Numbered from the stretch's first letter, positions 26,700 to 40,804 are shown. The stretch is DNA of 64,000 nucleotides from Octopus sinensis (GCF_006345805.1 NW_021834509.1:7023-71022), one strand, 5' to 3'. Numbers and translations are program-made. The notes: generated from the sequence alone by a model not told the origin.

Positions 26700-27873
26700 T
26701 GGTAAATTACAGCTCTGAACTAATTGTGGTTTCTGATTTACAGGTGTTTGAACTGAGTCAAGTGTGGAATGGAGCCTGTTGAGTGTCGAGCAGTGATTCG
26801 GTTTTTGTATTTGAAAGGACGCACACCACGGGAAACTTTTGATAAAATGAAAATAACTTATGGTGATGATGCCCCATCATATGACCTTGTAAAACGCTGG
26901 CATCGTGAATTCAAACATGGTCGGAACTCTGTGGAAACAGCTCCCATATCTGGTCGCCCCCTTCTGCCATTGATGAGGCAATTGAGGCTGCCATTTTGGA
27001 AGATCGACGCATAACTATTCGCCAAATAGCCCATGAAGTCAAGATTAGTACCGGGTCTGTGGAAACTATCATTCATGACCATTTGCATATGCAGAAGGTG
27101 TCTGCCAGATGGATTCTCAGGTTGCTCACACCTTTCCAGAAGCAAGAACGCGTCGAGTGCTCGAGGATGAATTTGGAGATGTGCCAAGAAGATGAGTCAA
27201 AATCTTTCAAAAGACTGATTGCACAGGATGAAACCTGGGTCCCTCACGATGATCCAGAGACCAAAGCCCAACAATGCAGTGGAAGCACCGTGACTCATAT
27301 CCTCCAAAGAAGGCAAGGGTGCAGCCCTCCGCTGGCAAAGTCATGCTCACAGTCTTCTGGGACCAGGACGGAGTAGTGATGACAGATTTCCTGGCAAAGG
27401 GTACCACAATTACAGGAGCCTATTATACTTCACTTTTGAGGAAATTAAGAGAAGCTATCAAAATCAAGAGGCGGGGCAAGATCAGCAAAGGCATCCTCCT
27501 CCTGCAGGACAACGCTCCGGTCCACAACTTGCATGTCGCCAGATCAGAAGCACAGGCGTGCGGCTATGAACTCCTCCCCCATCCCCCTACTCTCCTGACC
27601 TTGCACCCTCTGATTTTCACCTCTGCCCAGCCATGTTTTTGAAAAGAAAGCGTTTCCCAGATGATGCAGCCTTGATTTCTGAAGTCACGTCGTGGTTGGA
27701 GGACCAAGCTGGGATCTTCTACAAAAACGGTCTCCAGAGCTGCATCAAACGATGGGAGAAATGCGTAACTCTGGGTGGTTCCAATGTAGAACAAGACGAA
27801 TAACTGTGCCAAGTTTCGTTGCTCTACTGCTATGGGAAGTGGGTCAGGGGCATTACGTATTGAACGCCCCTCG
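26700..27873 (+). mobile_element. Mariner (DD34D-type) transposase pseudogene, left TIR missing
   Basis: Frameshifted ORFs contain RAVIRFLYLKG, WILRLLT, DETWV and LLQDNAPVH. The right TIR ttgaacgcccctcg is followed by TA. Confidence 0.9.
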
Positions 27874-28311
27874 TAGACACTATAGAAATAGACGGTAAAT
27901 GGCTCTAAAAGCAACATCAACACTCCGTTAGCTCAGGTTGTATGCGAGCAGATGAATAAATAAATAAATTTATGTGTATGTATGTATATATTATATAAAT
28001 GGAACAAGAACGCAATAGAGGGCGTTAAAACGTTCAGATAGATAGACGATACAAAGGCGGATAAGTGAACCACAGGCAAAAAAAAGCAAAAAAAAACCCA
28101 GACGGGTCATACGTGGCTTTCTTTCCTCAATCAAGTCCCAGAGGTCACGACCATTTCGGGCAGTTACACTTGAGATGGTTCGATCTGGTTGCTCCCAAAT
28201 AGTCTAAGCTAAGAGCACTAGACCTCTTTGTAAGAAAGCTAGCGAATGTGTACGGCAACTAAGACAAAAAACAAACAAACGAAAAAGAAAACCAACATAG
28301 TACACAATTAC

Positions 28312-28354
<43 letters not shown>

Positions 28355-29028
28355 CACATATATATGTTTATGTATGTGTATAAACACACGCGCATATATA
28401 TGTATACACACACACACACTTATACTCATAAACAAGTATACACGGATACACTCTCATAAATCATATATATTCAACAATAAAAAAAAGAACACGCAAAGAC
28501 ATATGCTTCACAAACGTAAAGTCGGTCACAGATAAACACAAAACATACGGCTACATGTTCACACATACATACTCACACACTCTCCTATGCAAACACTTTG
28601 CGCAAACAAATTACCGACCTCTTTTGTTGACATCTGAAACCGAGACTTCATTTCCGGTCATCATCTTATTTCAAGAGTCTACTTTATCTCGAGAAACAAG
28701 CTGTTTGTTCAAATATATATATATATGTATGTATATATATATATATCTATGTACGTACGTATGTATGTATGTATGTATGTATGTATGTATGTATGTATGT
28801 ATGTATGTATATATATATAATATAAATAATATATATTATATACGTACATATATATATACACACATACATATATGCATATATATATATTTATATATATATA
28901 TTAATATATATATGACATATATAGTTTATTATTATTTACATATATATATGTATATATACATATATATATATATAAGTATATAAATATTTATATATATATA
29001 TTTTTATATATATATACATATAATTACA

Positions 29029-29089
<61 letters not shown>

Positions 29090-29127
29090 AATGGATATAT
29101 ATGTGTATACATATATGTATGTACATG

Positions 29128-29866
29128 TGACTGTGTGGTAAGAAGTTTGCTTCCTAATCTCATGGTTATGGATTTAGTCCCACTACGTGGCACCTTGGGC
29201 AAATACGTCTTACTATAGTCCCAGGCCGACCAAAGCCTTGTGAGCAGATTTGGTCGGGGGAACCTGAAGAAAGATTGTCATACATTCATCCATCCATCCA
29301 TCCATCCATACATCCATACATCCATCCATCCATCCATCCATCCATCCATACATACATACATACATATATATATACCTACTTACATACATGCATTCATACA
29401 TACATTCTGCAAAAATCGGTAAAACGTCCCAGAAGTTTACCTATTAAGTATATATAAACACGTCTAGATATTCAAGTATATGCATGAGAATACATACATA
29501 AAAAAATAACATGCACATCTGAACATATACATACATATAAAAATACCCTGCTAATGTTGAAATCCCAATGAGAGAGCCTCGGATCTAGGTTAGAAACTGG
29601 TTCTTTCTCTATTACCAAGAAGTCTTGAAATAAAACCTAATAATGACGCGCGCGCACTCACACACAAATATACATATGCATATGAGTATGTGTGTGTGTC
29701 TGTGTGTGTGGCTATATTATTTCCTCTGTCACCGCTTTACAACCAGTGTTGGTTTGTTTACGTCTCCTAATCTAGCGGATTGACAAAAGAGACCGATAGA
29801 ATAAGTACCAGGCTTTTAAAAATAAATTCGTGGGTGGATTTATTCGACTAAACATGCTTCAAAAGA
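29128..29866 (+). mobile_element. S2 SINE pieces (head about 29128-29290, tail about 29695-29866)
   Basis: Matches S2; separated by microsatellites and another repeat. Confidence 0.7.
29553..29647 (+). repeat. Dispersed repeat, also present inverted at 55714-55808
   Basis: ggatctaggttagaaac.gg.tcttt...cttgaaataaaa.c...aatgac is shared by both copies. Confidence 0.7.
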
Positions 29867-29876
29867 TACGTACATA

Positions 29877-30812
29877 CGAGGGAGAGTTAAAAATTATCCG
29901 CACTCTTGTTTTTTCAATGTATTTACACAGAAGCAGAGGTTAAACAAGAACATCATTTTTCTATATAGTCTCCTTCCCTTTCGATGCACTTGGTCCAGCG
30001 GTCCACAGGCTTGCGTATTCCTTCCAAGAAGGTTTTCGCTTGGTCGTGCAAGCATTTATGTACAGCTTCCTTCACGTCTTCATCCGTAGGAAATCGACGA
30101 TCTCGTAAACAATCTTTGAGCGGTTCAAAGATATAGTAATCGAAAGGGGCAAAATCTACGCTGTAGGCACCTCAAAACCCAATTGGTTAATGGCTTGAAC
30201 GGTCTAGTCGGCCGTGTATGGGCGTGCATTGTCATGCAGCAACAAGACTTTCTTCGACAACTGGCTTCGGCGTTCGGTGCGAATTGCTGGCTTCAGTTTG
30301 TCGGCCAGCAAAACACTGTATCTTCCACTGTTGATCGTATACCTCTCTTCTAGGTAGTCTTCCAGTATAGGCCCTTTTGAATCCCCTAAATGGGTTAGCA
30401 TCACTTTTCCCGCGGAAGACTGAGTTTGAATTTCTTCGTCGCTGGGCAGCCAAGATGTTTCCTCTCCATACTCTGTCATTTTGGATTCTGCCTCATAATG
30501 ATGGATCCACGTTTCATCTCCTGTGACAATTCTGCTCAAAAATTCCTCACCCTCATGGTTGCAGAGATCAAGTAAACGTAGGCATACCTCAACACGTTTG
30601 TGCTTGTGCTCTGCAGTAAGCTCTCTTGGCATTCATCTTACTCAGACTTTATGGAAGCCGAGTTTATCGGTGATGGTTTGATAGGCAGAACCATGACTAA
30701 TCTGCACAGAACGAGCTACCTCATCGATGATAATTCACCGGTTCATCATTACCATATCTCGAGCTTGCTGAATCTTCTCGTCAGTGGTGGAGGTTGACGA
30801 GCATCCTGGATT
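29877..30812 (-). mobile_element. Mariner transposase pseudogene (5' truncated)
   Basis: ORF 30204-30632 contains RIVTGDETWIHHYE, SAGKVMLT and LLLHDNARP. The TIR begins at TA-cgaggg (29875). Confidence 0.9.
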
Positions 30813-30879
30813 TGATTTGTTCGACTAAAGGGGGTGCTCCAGTGTGGCCGCAGTCACATGACTGAAAGAAGTGAAAAAG

Positions 30880-31654
30880 AAAAACTAATGGCAATTTCTT
30901 GTTTTCTTATTATTTCTTATTTCTTATTTTCAAGACGGCTGGTAACTTGACTTGGAATTCCACTGTTTTGATTCAGAGATGGGGGTGTGCATCGAAAGGT
31001 AAGCATGCAACATTACGTCCGGAGACAATAGAAAACTGTCATACACAGTTGATGTCCACGGGCTCAGTGAACGATGCAATAAGAAGTGGCCATCCAGTCA
31101 CATCCCGACCAGTGGAGAGCGTGGCAACAGTGCAGGAAATGTTTAATCGCAGCCTGCAAAAATCAACACGTTAAGCAGCTCGTGAAAGTGGACTAACAAG
31201 ACATACAATATGTGCAGTGTTGCTTAAAGAATTGAATTTTCGTCCGTGGAAAGTCCATTACGTGCAGGAGCTAAAACTTGAAGCTTGTGAGCGCAGAATG
31301 GAATATGGAATGGTCTCCAAGAAGTTCAGATTTCACTCCATGTGATTTTTACCTGTCGGGTTACATAAAAGTGGAGGTGTACAAGACAAAACATCGCACA
31401 CTGGAGTATTTGCAAACACGGATTTAGGAGGTTCTCAAGGATATCCTAGAAGACCTCCTTCAGAAGGTCGTTCATTCCGTCCCTGGCTGTTTGAGGAAAC
31501 TAGTTGACGCCACCGGTGCTTACGTTAAAATATGAAAATTTACTTTCATTTTCCCATGTAATGAAGAACATGCATCACTTGTTTCAATAAATTTGTAAAA
31601 GGGATATGAATTTTATTACCAAATTTTAATGCCTACTTACATTTTACCACCTTG
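30880..31654 (+). mobile_element. Internally deleted Tc1/mariner copy, same family as 25371-26666
   Basis: ORF 30899-31174 is homologous, and the 3' end ...ccaccttgta matches. Confidence 0.8.
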
Positions 31655-31708
<54 letters not shown>

Positions 31709-31762
31709 TGTTATATTTCGGAATGGTCATATTGCCAGTTTAATATATATATATATTTATTT

Positions 31763-32080
31763 ATAAATTAGAAATAAAACACCTTTTATCAATTCAAAAT
31801 GAACAATTAAGTTACACCATCTAGAAAATTACATATAATAGAAATATTAAAAATAAATAACAATAATATACCGATGATTAAGTAAATTGCGAAATAATAA
31901 TAAAACGTATATATTTGTTATTCTGTCAAATATATACGTTGTAATTATTTTGCAATTTACTTAATCATCGGTATATTATTGTTATTTTATTTTTAAAATT
32001 TCTATTATATGTAATTTTCTAGATGGTGTAATTTAATTGTTCATTTTGAATTGATAATAGGTAGTTTTTTTCTAATTTTT
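31763..32080. repeat. AT-rich inverted repeat (about 155-bp arms, 9-bp spacer)
   Basis: Arms 31763-31917 and 31927-32080 are reverse complements. Confidence 0.9.
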
Positions 32081-32193
32081 AATATATATTAGATTTTGTG
32101 AAATTTGATTTAGTATTTCTAATTGAATTTTTCCCTGTAAGTTAGGAGTAATATTCCCTCAAATTCTTCTTCTTCTTATCATCATCATCATCA

Positions 32194-32226
<33 letters not shown>

Positions 32227-32227
32227 T

Positions 32228-32288
<61 letters not shown>

Positions 32289-32326
32289 TATATATATATA
32301 TATATATTATATATATATATATATGT

Positions 32327-32394
<68 letters not shown>

Positions 32395-33099
32395 ACACAT
32401 ATAATAAAGTGAAATTGTAAGGTACCGCACGAGTGGAAATATATATGAAAGGTTTGAAAATGTAATTTTAAAGATGTTTATTCATTTGACCGGTTTCACT
32501 TTTTTAGAAAAATATTGTCATAAGTAAAATGTAAAGCTTTGTTGTGTTAAGTACTGGTTGTCACAAAATATTACAATATATATATATACATTCTTTGATA
32601 ATAATAAGAAAAATTTAAAACAGTTTACAAGGAAATATCTTGAGAAAATATTAAACAAAAAGTTCATTAAAAATGTTAGGACTTCATTAAAAATCATGTT
32701 TGTTTGGAAGTATCTATATATATACACAGAAAAGTACTAGTTAAACAAAAATCATATTTGGTAGTATATATATACACAGGAGATATATTTAGTAGTTTAC
32801 AAACAATTTGAGATGAGCTGACCTGTTTTAGCATTTTTAAGTATCGCTTGTCTGATTTTCCTGATTTTTCTGTTCATGTTTATAATTACATTGAGAGAGA
32901 CATATGTTACGTCATTATCGATCTAACAAAGACATTTGATACGGTTAGCAGTCACTTGCTGTGCCGTCTGCTGCATAACAGTTCCTAAAAGTTTAGGAAC
33001 TGAAACCACGATCCTGCCATCGTGAGCGCAACAACCTAATCACTAGGCCACATGAACGCTCACTATATATACACACACACACACAAATCTATCTATTTA

Positions 33100-33436
<337 letters not shown>

Positions 33437-34199
33437 TTGTCTGTCTGTTTGTCTGACATCTCTATCTATCTCAATTTTCCTTCAAAGATGGAATAGATTG
33501 CCACCAAAATACTTGTTGCAGACAGCTTGCAAGGCATTGCACCAAGTATGCTTGAATTCTTGAAACAATTGTTAGGCCGTATCTGCGCACTTTTCTTCTC
33601 ATCCAGTATTGGATTCTCCTCAGATGACCTTCCTTATCCTATCTAATATCAATAGTACGGACTTACCTTATAACTATTCCGGGAGATCACTAGCATATAT
33701 GACTATTCTGATCATCCCTCAATATATCATTTATTGATCTTTTTTTAGCTAAACTTCTGAAACAATATTTTTTACCTTCAAGTTGTGTAAATATATAAAT
33801 AGATAAATCCCATAATCTAACCAAATACAAGTTTTCTGCCTGTATATACATATATACGTACACACACACATACAAATATATATGAATATATATATGCACG
33901 CACATATATATACATGTGTGTGCATGCATGTGTGCGTGTGTTTGTTTATACATATATAGATATATAATTATGTATACATATATATATATGTATACATACT
34001 TATGTATGTGTATGCATACTCAGAGAACACACACACACTCACGCGCACACACGTAAACAGGAGGTGTTATAGTTCAAATTCCGCCGAGTTTGTCTTTAGC
34101 ACTCACCCTTTCAGAGTCGATTACTTAGGTACCAGTCAAACAAAATGTAATCGACTCCCCATCACAGTCCACGCCTTGTATCCTTAGCAGAAATTATCA

Positions 34200-34202
34200 T
34201 CG

Positions 34203-34240
<38 letters not shown>

Positions 34241-34243
34241 GTT

Positions 34244-34279
<36 letters not shown>

Positions 34280-34394
34280 GTCATCATCATCATCATCATC
34301 GTTATCATCGTCGTCATCATCATCATCATCATCATCATCGTCATCATCACCACCACCACCACACCACCACCACCACCACCACCACCACACCACC

Positions 34395-34453
<59 letters not shown>

Positions 34454-34602
34454 TATTATATCATCATCATCATCATCATCATCATCGTCATCATCATCAT
34501 CATCATCGTTATCATCGTCGTCATCATCATCATCATCATCATCGTCATCATCACCACCACCACCACCACACCACCACCACCACCACCACCACCACCACCA
34601 CC

Positions 34603-34655
<53 letters not shown>

Positions 34656-34702
34656 TATTATTATCATCATCATCATCATTATTATTATTATTATTATTAT
34701 TA
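34200..34702. repeat. Compound (ATT)/(CAT)/(CAC)n repeat with higher-order duplication
   Basis: The marker cgttatcatcgtcgtc occurs twice, about 207 bp apart. Confidence 0.9.
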
Positions 34703-35800
34703 TTTTGATTTGTCCCAGGTTCAGTGTTATTCCTGGTAGGGATTGTGTTGTGGATAGCGGGTTACTACCTATAACCTTAGGTATCCTCAAGATATTGGCA
34801 GTCCTTTAAGTGCCTAGAACCCTCCTGATAGTCCTTGCTGTTCCCTTGAGACAAACTTTCTGTAGGAGCTCTTCCGGAAATTCTCTTTCAGTCTCCCTCA
34901 GCCATTTGTCTATATCTTTGCTTACTGTTCCCAGCCCACCAGTTATTATAGGCACAACCCTAACTGTTCACATGCTCAAAATTCTTCCTATTTCAAATTT
35001 TTGGAGATTGTATTTTTTTTGTTTTTCTTCTATCTTGACGATCCTGGAATCAAATGAGCACGATGGGTCGATAAGTAAGTAACAACTTCGTTTTTCCTTA
35101 TCTATGACTAGCAGTATCGCCCGACGTTGCTCGAGTTTGTAAGGGAAATAACTATATAAGCATTTTTAGAGAGTTATAGCCAAAAAATATCAAAAAAATG
35201 CATTAAAAATGGAAAAAAATGATGGTAAATTTTGTTTTAAATCGTTGACTCATCGTAGACATTTTTAGAGAGTTACTTCCCTTATATAATAGCGAAAAAA
35301 TGCATTAAAATGGAAAAAAATGATGGTAAATTATTTTTAAAATCGTAGACTCATCGTAGACGCGCGCTAATACCCAGAAGGGCTCGATATGAATCACGAC
35401 TATAAGATACCCGGTTTTGGTTAAACTGCACCGCAAAATGTGGGAGTAGTTAGGAATCTAAATCGTAGGAGACAGACACACAACTTCACTTTTATATATA
35501 AAGATTGTAATATCTAGTCTATTGTTTTCTAATTTCGTGTCCATTTGAATTGGAAAGTCCCACAAAAATCTTACATTTCTTCGACTCCTGTACTCTTTCG
35601 ACTCGATAACTGTACCTTGTGTTTCCAGCTTCAAATCCCCATTTTTGGCAAAGTTTTCTAGTGTAAAACTATCAAAACCTGGTCGTGCCTCCATTTCTTT
35701 CTTATATTCTTCCTGTGCCAACTTGGTGGGTATTCTGTCAGAATGTGTGCCACTGTCTCGTTCCAAGTACCACGGGCTCTACATTTTTCTGCCACATTCT
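34703..35800 (-). mobile_element. R4/Dong-like RLE non-LTR retrotransposon 3' fragment, split by a Helitron
   Basis: Contains a CCHC-like relic (ETVAHIL), FLWDFPIQMDTKLENNRLDI / IDKEKRSCYLLIDPS and LLQKVCLKGTARTIRRVL, and ends in (AAT)n. Confidence 0.8.
35108..35504 (-). mobile_element. Non-autonomous Helitron
   Basis: 5' TC at 35503-35504, 3' CTAG at 35108-35111 with hairpin, A/T insertion site and no TSD. Confidence 0.85.
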
Positions 35801-35804
35801 CTCC

Positions 35805-35869
35805 CCATCATCATCATCATCATCGACATCATCGCCATCATCATCATCATCATTATCATCGTCATCATC

Positions 35870-35911
<42 letters not shown>

Positions 35912-35950
35912 GCTAACATCATCATCATGATCATCATCATCGCCATCATC

Positions 35951-35981
<31 letters not shown>

Positions 35982-36017
35982 TCATCACGATCATCATCGC
36001 CATCATCATCATCATCG

Positions 36018-36074
<57 letters not shown>

Positions 36075-36155
36075 CCGATGATATTGGCACAAATCTATAT
36101 ATATATATTGCGAAAGGTTTATTCATCATCATCATCATCGCCATCATCATCATCA
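35805..36155. repeat. (CAT)n microsatellite
   Basis: Directly visible. Confidence 0.95.
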
Positions 36156-36330
36156 TGAAAGTATTTATTTTATCAAATCCAGAGGCTTGGAAAGTGAACT
36201 CAGTGATGGAAGGATTTGAATGAATAAAAGAAAGAGATTCATTAAAAAATATACCGCATCTCTTTCCGATAACATTATTACTGAAGTGACATGATTCCGA
36301 AGTAGCAGAACCGCTAGAACGTCGGAACAT
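36156..36330 (+). mobile_element. Penelope-like 3' end relic with decayed minimal HHR
   Basis: WKVNSVMEGFE..KERDSLKN resembles a GIY-YIG C-terminus and is followed by ttcc...gaacgtc-ggaa. Confidence 0.35.
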
Positions 36331-36716
36331 TAATACTCATTGGTATGTCGCTTGGTCCTTATTGGCCATGAATTCAACTCTCATAAGATTTCGCTTTCAT
36401 TTTCATTCTTCAATGAAATTAGAACTAATCAGAGCACTAATTATTCCATTCACGAGAAACAATATCGCGTCCGTATTATAATGACGGATATAATTGCCGT
36501 TAGTATTACGCATATCATCAAAATTCCATGTTGATAACATCAACGGATTTTCTTGGGATTTCCTAACAAAGAAACAAACATCAAAAGTATTTGTAAAGGA
36601 TTCGTGCAGGCATAGCTAAGTTGTTAAGGAGTTTGTAGTTTGTTTCATGGACATTTGGTTTTGAGTTCACTCTCACTGCATAGAATTATGTATACATAAT
36701 TATATATGTATACATG

Positions 36717-36755
<39 letters not shown>

Positions 36756-36762
36756 GCACATA

Positions 36763-37126
36763 TGGAAGTACTCCGTCGGTTACGACGATGAGGGTTCCGG
36801 TTGATCCGATTCAACGGAACAGCCTGCTCGTGAAATTAACATGTAAGTGGCTGAGCACTCCACAGACACGTGCACCCGTAACGTAGTTCTCGTGGATATT
36901 CAGCGTGACATAGAGAGTGACAAGGCCGGCCCCTTGAAATACAGGTATAACAGAAACAGGAAGTAAGAGTGAGAGAAAGTTCTGGTGAAAGAGTACAGCA
37001 GGGATCACCACCATCCTCTGCCGGAGCCTCGCTCAATAAACACTCACAACGCCCGGTCTGGGAATCGAAACCGCGATCCTATGACCGCGAGTCCGCTGCC
37101 CTAACCACTGGGCAATTGCGCCTCCA
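36763..37126 (-). mobile_element. S3 SINE, tail A
   Basis: Matches 14715-15105 with a small deletion; possible cacatatg TSD. Confidence 0.9.
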
Positions 37127-37152
37127 CATATGTGTGTGTATATATATAGTAA

Positions 37153-37377
37153 GGCGGCAAGCTGGCAGAAATGTTAGCACGCCGGGCGAAATGCTAAGCG
37201 GTATTTCGTCTGCTGTTACGTTGTGAGTTCAAATTCCGCCGAGGTCGACTTTGCCTTTCATCCTTTCGGGGTCGATTAAATAAGTACCAGTTACGCACTG
37301 GGATCGATGTAATCAATTTAATACCTTTGTCTGTTCTTGTTTGTCCCCCTTTATGTTTAGCCCCTTGTGGGCAATAA

Positions 37378-37378
<1 letters not shown>
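37153..37378 (+). mobile_element. S1 SINE
   Basis: Near-consensus copy. Confidence 0.9.
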
Positions 37379-37745
<367 letters not shown>

Positions 37746-38047
37746 ATGGTATGTTTGCATGTGTGTATGTATATATGTATATACAGGCAGAAAACTTCTA
37801 CAATAGATTTAATCTGACCACTGCCACGTAAGTGAAATTGGGAGGGGGGGAAAATGAAATGTTTTGCTCGAAATATTAGTATTTTCCCTATTTCAAACAC
37901 AAAACAGTTTATTCACTTTTAAGCAGTTTATATCGTATACAAGTTTGTCATATTTGCACAAACACCTAACTATCTAATTACAAGCTTGCAACGCTATTTG
38001 ACAATAAGCTTGCATTTGGGAAAGTAATATGAACATGAAACTCATCG

Positions 38048-38118
<71 letters not shown>

Positions 38119-38119
38119 T

Positions 38120-38275
38120 TTTTTCCTTTTACGATCCCTTTTGATCGAAAACCTACGCCACCTTTTTTTTTGTTCCTTTTGTTTTTTGTTTTTTGTTTTT
38201 TCATCCCCCAAAAGAAAAGCTCTACCTTGTAACTTGTCCCATCTGTGTGCAGCCCTGTGTGGCCAATAAAGAAAC
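38120..38275 (+). mobile_element. L1/Tx1-like 3' tail in (TCTA)n
   Basis: Homologous to 33100-33275, with (TCTA)n on both sides. Confidence 0.55.
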
Positions 38276-38316
<41 letters not shown>

Positions 38317-39055
38317 AAAATGAAAGGATTGATTGCATCGCATGATTAAAAACTGTTTTATCAGTTTCTGTGCGCATGACAAAAATCTACGGTAACCATT
38401 TCCTGTTCGAGTATTTTGCCCAAGCTTCCTTGCATGGTGATCTGATAAATTTAGAGACGCCTTCATTGACTAACTTTCACATCATATTTTCTTCTGCGTG
38501 ATGTTAGTGCCTTTGATACAGAATTAAGATGAATGCTTTGGCCATCAGATGGTAGGTCCGTCCAAATGCAGCCTTATGAGCCATTATACTCAAACTATAT
38601 CCAGAGAGAAAGTTGAACTTAATTGAATGAAGCAACGAAACATTTTCCAATTATCTATTGTTCCCACTGTCTATTTCAGTTAGTTATAAATACCTGTGGA
38701 TACGTATTTATAGCAATAGCTTAAAAAAAACTTGCAACAATAGTAAATAAATTAGTCAAAAATAATTTGAATAAACCAAAATATATTTTTCTCAATCACT
38801 GGGAAACTGGAAAAAAAAGCCGGACTGCTGGGACTCGAACTTGAAACTTAGAAGTATGGAACTATATAGAGCCGACTATTTACTCATTCTCCGCACTCTG
38901 CATCGCCACAGCCTTGCAGAAAGAAGTTTTAATTCAAATTTTTCCTGGACGGTAATTAAACTCAGCATCTGTGCATTTTAATGAGAAATTGCCTACAGTC
39001 CAGTCTCCGTTCGACTTCAGGAGGTCTTCACGCGCCACGCATACGCATACGCACA

Positions 39056-39104
<49 letters not shown>

Positions 39105-39724
39105 TTACACATACACAAGTGAATGTAAGTGTGGGTGCCCTTGTGCATACACATACAAATATGTGAATGTATATATACACACACACACAGACATACACAC
39201 GTGAACGCACGCTTATATACACACGCATGCACACACACATTTATGATGAAATCGGGTGAGCTGAAACTTCGAAGTCACTATGAACCATTTTCTTGTAAAA
39301 TTTATAATTTTAATTATACTTTAATATAGAAAATTGAGCAATCATATAGTTTAATATTAAATTTTTTATACATATAACTCGACATAAAAACAAACGTTAA
39401 ATACATGCATCCTTCTATACAAAAATACACACACACACCACACACGCACGCATGTATATAAGTATATGTATTGTTATGTATTCGTATATGTTCGAATGGG
39501 CCAACAAGCAAGAGAAAATTACATAAAGTGTAGTGATATGAACTCTCACCACCCTCAAGAATTCAGTCAAAAAAGAAATAATACCTAAAAGAGCAAAATC
39601 ACGGTGGTGCTTCAGCATGGCCGTAACCACATGGTTGAAATGAATAAAAAAAATGAAAGAAAACTCGCACATACGCACACACACACGTCAAAGAAAATGA
39701 GATGACTAAGGAATAGATGATTCT

Positions 39725-39927
39725 CTTATGAACTTCATTAGCTTAGAATGTAGTGGGCTCATAGCTGAGTGCCTGAGTAACACCTTATAGCTTCATCAGA
39801 GCCTCGAATATTAAGCACACTTTATATCCGAAGCTTCGATGAAGCTATTAGGCGTTACTCAAACACTCAACTATGAGTCCACTGCATCCGATAGCAGAAA
39901 TAACTGTAAGCTAATGAAGTTCGTAAG
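39725..39927. repeat. Imperfect inverted repeat (about 80-bp arms)
   Basis: The left arm 39725-39806 pairs with 39829-39927, which carries an insertion of about 17 nt. Confidence 0.85.
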
Positions 39928-40050
39928 TTCATCTTTCTTTCTTATTAATGCTCTGTACTCGACTAACACTTCTTTCTGAAAGATACATATATTGAGTTCT
40001 ACACTAGGTTATTAATCTCGCAGCGCTTAAGCGCAATATATACATATATT

Positions 40051-40257
40051 CTTTTATTCTTTTATTTGTTTCAGTCATTTGACTGCGGTCATGCTGGAGG
40101 ACCACCTTTAGTCGAACGAATCTAGCCCAGGACTTATTCATTGTAAGCCTAGCACTTATTCTATCGGTCTCTTGTGCCGAACAGCTAAGTTACGGGGACG
40201 AAAATACACCAGCATCGGTTGTCAAACGATGTTGGGGAGGGGACAAATACAGGCACA

Positions 40258-40308
<51 letters not shown>

Positions 40309-40480
40309 TGTTCTGATTACGTCCTCGTAACTTAGCGCTTCTGCAAAAGAAACTGACAGAATAAGTATCAGATTAAACAAAAAAAATGTACTGGGGTCAA
40401 TTTGTTCAACTAAGCCCTTCAAAGCGGTGTCCCAACAAAGCTGCGGTCCAATGACTAGAGCCAGTAAAAGATAAAAGATG
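40051..40480. mobile_element. Two S2 SINE 3' halves in inverted orientation around (CA)n
   Basis: Minus copy about 40051-40250, plus copy about 40290-40480. Confidence 0.75.
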
Positions 40481-40804
40481 AAGTTTCAGACTTTGAATTT
40501 TGTTTTCAATGAATATTTCTTAATTGAAATTTATATTCCACCATGATATATAACGTAGCAGATTTCATTATCTCCCTTAACGTTCTTTGACATATCACAA
40601 CTATTAGCGTCAGAGCTTCAAAGTATTGGAAAGAAAAAAAATAACATTGTCGTTTTTCATTGCTAAACTAACAATTACATAAATAGCTTTAACGACTGTG
40701 TGTCTCTGAAGAGAGAGAAAAAAAAAATCTTTTGAAATAAAATTTTTCTGTTTATTCCATTTTAAGAATCAATTGTTGACAAGAGATATGAAAGATTTAC
40801 ACTT

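Noticed and set aside
26769-27898. SETMAR-like host gene
   Set aside because: There is no SET domain, it has multiple frameshifts and it ends in a TIR, so it is a dead mariner.
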